Positions 60,703-64,000 of a stretch of DNA of 64,000 nt are shown here, one piece after another. The DNA is from Bacillota bacterium (GTDB taxonomy: Bacteria > Bacillota > Clostridia > Monoglobales > Firm-18). The position numbers were made by a program, and so were the translations under genes. Every line of letters begins with the position of its first letter. Position 1 is the stretch's first letter. The stretch spans positions 973 to 64,972 of the forward strand of contig JALOAJ010000014.1 in the NCBI GenBank assembly GCA_023228885.1. The letters run 5' to 3'. The notes under the pieces are model-generated. The model saw nothing but the letters and a program-made list of their open reading frames with translations, ran no database searches and was not told the DNA's origin.

Positions 60703-61182
60703 TTGAAAATTGCGATATATCCGGGCAGTTTTGACCCTTGCACAAATGGGCATTTGGATGTTATTACGCGTTCCGCCAAAATTTTTGACAAATTAATAGT
60801 TGCGGTGTTGACCAATGTCAATAAGCAACCTGCCTTTACTGCTGAAGAACGAATTGATTTGTTAACGAGGACTGCAAAAAAACTTAAAAATGTTGAAATT
60901 AAAAATTTTTCGGGATTGCTTGCGGATTTTGCAAGAGAAAACAATGCTGAAGTCATAATTAAAGGCTTGCGAGCGGTATCCGATTTTGAATATGAGTTTC
61001 AAATGGCATTGACAAACAACAAGCTAAACCCCGAAGTCGAAACATTGTTTATGACAACCTCCACCGATAACATGTATCTAAGCTCAAGCATTGTAAAGGA
61101 AATTGCAATGTACGGAGGTTCATTGGACGGAATGGTTCCCAAAGAAATTCAAGCAGATATATATGACAAATTAAGGAGGTAA
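60703..61182 (+). CDS. coaD: Pantetheine-phosphate adenylyltransferase CoaD
   Basis: IAIYPGSFDPCTNGHLDVI and SSS.VKE motifs. The probable start is TTG at 60703 after AGGTGA, just after the rsmD stop. The ORF-track ATG at 60661 overlaps rsmD. Confidence 0.9.
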   Translation: MKIAIYPGSFDPCTNGHLDVITRSAKIFDKLIVAVLTNVNKQPAFTAEERIDLLTRTAKKLKNVEIKNFSGLLADFARENNAEVIIKGLRAVSDFEYEFQMALTNNKLNPEVETLFMTTSTDNMYLSSSIVKEIAMYGGSLDGMVPKEIQADIYDKLRR

Positions 61183-61184
61183 TT

Positions 61185-61679
61185 TTGGTGGAAATTTTAG
61201 AAATAATTGATGTTTTAGAAGACACCATTGAAAAAGGGCTTAATATCCCGCTTGCAAGCAAATGCATGCTTGATAAAGATGAGCTGCTTGAACTGATTCA
61301 GGAAATCAGGCTAAAGCTGCCGGATGACTTAAAGCAGGCAAAATGGGTTAAGGACGAACGCCAACGCATATTGATGGAGGCGCAAAAAGAAGCCAACGAT
61401 ATAATAAAATCGACCGAAGACAAAATCATCTCTATGATTAACGAAAACGAAATCACTAAAAGGGCGCGCGAAAAGGCAGAGGAAATAATTACGTCAGCGA
61501 ACAAACGTTCTAAGGAAATACGCCTTGGAACAAGACAGTATGCCGATGATATCCTCACCGATATGGAAGAAATTATGGAAAAAACAATGCAAACCTTGCG
61601 CAACAACAGAATTGCAATGTACGAAAAAAGCAACCAAAAAACAGATGCGGAAAACCAACAAGAATTTAACATCGAATAG
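61185..61679 (+). CDS. Hypothetical coiled-coil protein
   Basis: 164 aa, charged and helical. It starts 2 nt after the coaD stop. Function unknown. Confidence 0.4.
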   Translation: MVEILEIIDVLEDTIEKGLNIPLASKCMLDKDELLELIQEIRLKLPDDLKQAKWVKDERQRILMEAQKEANDIIKSTEDKIISMINENEITKRAREKAEEIITSANKRSKEIRLGTRQYADDILTDMEEIMEKTMQTLRNNRIAMYEKSNQKTDAENQQEFNIE

Positions 61680-61741
61680 CTTGTGATATGTACAAGACAT
61701 TTATAAAATACAAAAGCGGATAAAGTTTATAACAAACTTTA

Positions 61742-61795
61742 AAAAGAACTTACGGCAGCAAAGCAACAATGCCGAAAAGTTCTTTTTTGTTTTTA
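61742..61795 (+). terminator. Rho-independent terminator
   Basis: AAGAACTTaCGGCA...TGCCGaAAGTTCTT followed by TTTTTGTTTTT. Confidence 0.7.
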
Positions 61796-61936
61796 AACGA
61801 ATCCTCCCCCCGTGTAAAGGGCATTCAGTATTGAATTGTTTCCTTATGTTATGGATTGTATCTTTACAGGGCGCTTTTCATCATGCTAAGATTGTGATAT
61901 ACGGATGACCAACATTTTTAGGAGGATGTATTTATA

Positions 61937-63982
61937 ATGAAAAAAACATTTTTTTTGCTTTTCCTGCTTGCCTTCATATGGAGTTTGCCGGCGAATGCGT
62001 TTGCAGCGCAAACAATTAGGATTGAACCTGTTAAAACAGGCTGGATGAATATTGCAAATGGTAATGGCGGGACCGCAAACCCTTTTGTCAACATGCTTTC
62101 AAATTCGATTGAAGCGCTTATTAAGTTTGACCTTAGCGGTATAATGGAGTTAAAAGACGCCACAATTACAAAAGCAACGCTGCATATGTGCTATGTCAGC
62201 AACGCTGTCAATGTTGCAAACGCCAATTCCTTTTCAAACTTAGGGATATACCCCACCACCAATGCCGCTGTTGATAATCTAAGCAGCACGCCGGGCTCCA
62301 ACGGGACTTCAAAAATAACGGGAGATTACATAAGTTACAGCGAGCCGGCTTTCAAAAATGTTGCGGAAAACGCCGGCATTTCATTTGAAACGCCTGTTTG
62401 GTATCAATGGAATGTCACAAATTATGTGGAAACCAACGAAGCGTACTCATTTGTGCTTGCGCATAAAGGCAGCGGAATCTTAGCGCAATTCGGCAGCCTG
62501 CAAGCATCGGCGGATAAGCGCCCATACCTTGAAATCACATACGAACCATCAGGATTGCAACGGCTCTTGGTGGAGGATGTTTCGTTGTTTTGTAATGACA
62601 AAAAAATCACATCCCTGGTTGATGTCGACGATTACATAACAATGAATGTATCGTTAGACATGAAAAATAGCGTTGAAAGCGTTACATCCTTTGCATTTGC
62701 AGCCCAATATGATGATAATGACATACTTGTCGGGGCAAAAGCGCTGCCCTGCCCCATTGAAGGCGGGGTACAAGACGGGCTTTACCAGTTTAGCGCCTCA
62801 TTTGCGTTGTCGCCGCTGGCAAGAAAAGTTCAAGTTTTATGCTGGAACGGTCTTGGCGAAATGCAGCCGTTTGACGGATATGAACCCACTACACTAAAAT
62901 ACACCTATGACGATGCTTTTTTAAACACAGGTGCATTCAAAGGGATATTAGGCTATGAAAAAACTGCTGATGGGCTAAACTTACAACGATTTACGCCCGC
63001 TCAATTCCTTATTGGGCAAGGCAACGCAACACCGCTGCCCACAACCTCCGGTGTGGTTTTAAATGTGATGACGGACGCAAACCGCATTGAATTTGACTGC
63101 AAAATTTTAAGACAAGTAATCAACACCCTTACAACCGCAAATTTTGATTTGCTAATAGATGGCAATTACATATCTTCTTATGATGTTGGCGTCACCCCCT
63201 CTTCACAAAAAGTAGCGCTTGAAATCCCCGGTCAAACAGCCGGAACGATGAAAGAAATTAAGGTTGTGTTCCCGCATTCCGCAGAAATACGGGTAAAGGA
63301 CTTCAAACTTTCACCCCTAAACGCGCAATTTGGGAATGTTGAAAGCAAACCCACATACCTTGCCATTGGCGACTCTATAACAACAGGGCTTCGTTCCGAT
63401 AACCCCTCAAGCAACTATCCTTTCGTTGTTGCCGAGTCTTTGGGATACAACTTAGTTAACCAAGGAATCAGCGGAGATGTTTATATCAACAAATATATTA
63501 ATGCAGGATATCCAACCGGTTTTCAGCCTGATTTAATTACCGTTGCATTAGGCACTAATGACAGTTCAAGAGCCGGTAGGTCGCCAAGCGACCCTGCCTA
63601 TATTACAATTGAACAATTCAGAACAAATGTGACGCAATACTTTCAAACATTTGACAGTCTATTCAGCGGAACGCCAACCTTTGTTATTACTCCGCCATGG
63701 TTCGTGAGCGTAAACGATAGGGTGGGAAATTACCTTGCAAATTCCTATGGCGCTGCCATGCAGGACATCAAAGATATAATCAGCCAAGTATGCAGCCAAT
63801 ACAACTATATTACTGTAATTGAAGGTCTGGACATTATCGGATATGATGATATTGTTGACGAAACTGATAACCCTTCGTGGTTTGGAGATAAAATGTCGAA
63901 TGACGGGGTTCACCCATCAACCGTTGGGCAGCATTATTACGGACAAAAGCTAACGGATATACTCAGGCAATACGGGTATTAA
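61937..63982 (+). CDS. Secreted multidomain protein with a C-terminal SGNH/GDSL hydrolase domain
   Basis: Signal peptide (MKKTFFLLFLLAFIWSLPANAFA). SGNH block I (YLAIGDSITTG), block III (GTND) and block V (DGVHPS). The N-terminal region of about 450 aa is beta-rich and unassigned. Confidence 0.75.
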   Translation: MKKTFFLLFLLAFIWSLPANAFAAQTIRIEPVKTGWMNIANGNGGTANPFVNMLSNSIEALIKFDLSGIMELKDATITKATLHMCYVSNAVNVANANSFSNLGIYPTTNAAVDNLSSTPGSNGTSKITGDYISYSEPAFKNVAENAGISFETPVWYQWNVTNYVETNEAYSFVLAHKGSGILAQFGSLQASADKRPYLEITYEPSGLQRLLVEDVSLFCNDKKITSLVDVDDYITMNVSLDMKNSVESVTSFAFAAQYDDNDILVGAKALPCPIEGGVQDGLYQFSASFALSPLARKVQVLCWNGLGEMQPFDGYEPTTLKYTYDDAFLNTGAFKGILGYEKTADGLNLQRFTPAQFLIGQGNATPLPTTSGVVLNVMTDANRIEFDCKILRQVINTLTTANFDLLIDGNYISSYDVGVTPSSQKVALEIPGQTAGTMKEIKVVFPHSAEIRVKDFKLSPLNAQFGNVESKPTYLAIGDSITTGLRSDNPSSNYPFVVAESLGYNLVNQGISGDVYINKYINAGYPTGFQPDLITVALGTNDSSRAGRSPSDPAYITIEQFRTNVTQYFQTFDSLFSGTPTFVITPPWFVSVNDRVGNYLANSYGAAMQDIKDIISQVCSQYNYITVIEGLDIIGYDDIVDETDNPSWFGDKMSNDGVHPSTVGQHYYGQKLTDILRQYGY

Positions 63983-64000
63983 TAAAAGGTAGCGGCGCAT

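Noticed and set aside
1-64000. Scan for CRISPR arrays, IS elements and transposase genes, toxin-antitoxin pairs and known defence-system signatures
   Set aside because: I saw no regularly spaced direct repeats. I also saw no transposase-like ORFs or terminal inverted repeats, and no ORFs with recognisable defence-system motifs. The only recombinases are the two at the left edge.

Overview
This is a chromosomal segment that looks like it comes from a spore-forming Firmicutes/Clostridia organism. That guess rests on the yabO-yabP-yabQ-divIC-yabR block, the secA-prfB pair and the tepA-ymfF/ymfH-like neighbours. Most genes are on the minus strand.

Layout:
- 1-2.6 kb: two tandem large serine recombinases, probably the right end of an integrated element, facing the 3' flank of tmRNA.
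- 2.6-27.6 kb: housekeeping genes. These are ssrA-smpB, an N-terminally truncated rnr, secG, division and sporulation genes, tsaD/rimI/sua5, prfA, prfB (with its +1 frameshift), secA, rex, metA, tepA, M16 peptidases and rsmE.
- 27.7-43.4 kb: a low-GC Wzx/Wzy-type glycan locus. It holds fnlABC for UDP-L-FucNAc, three glycosyltransferases, a pyruvyl transferase and an unusual aldolase / class IV aminotransferase / GNAT set. It ends beside tRNA-Arg(CCT).
- 44.7-48.6 kb: DUF3006 with an MBL protein, a hydrogenase-like sensory trio and tRNA-Leu(CAG).
- 48.8-58.9 kb: a sugar-use locus with a YesM/YesN-type two-component system, an ABC transporter and a GH29 fucosidase.
- 59.1-64 kb: FMN riboswitch-ribU, rsmD-coaD and a secreted SGNH hydrolase.

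I found no CRISPR array, no IS element and no recognisable defence system. The most unusual candidates are the aldolase/aminotransferase/GNAT module in the glycan island, the stand-alone hydrogenase-like sensor module with its repeated 12-13-mers, and the recombinase-ssrA junction with the truncated rnr. All function calls come from reading motifs by eye. No database searches were run.
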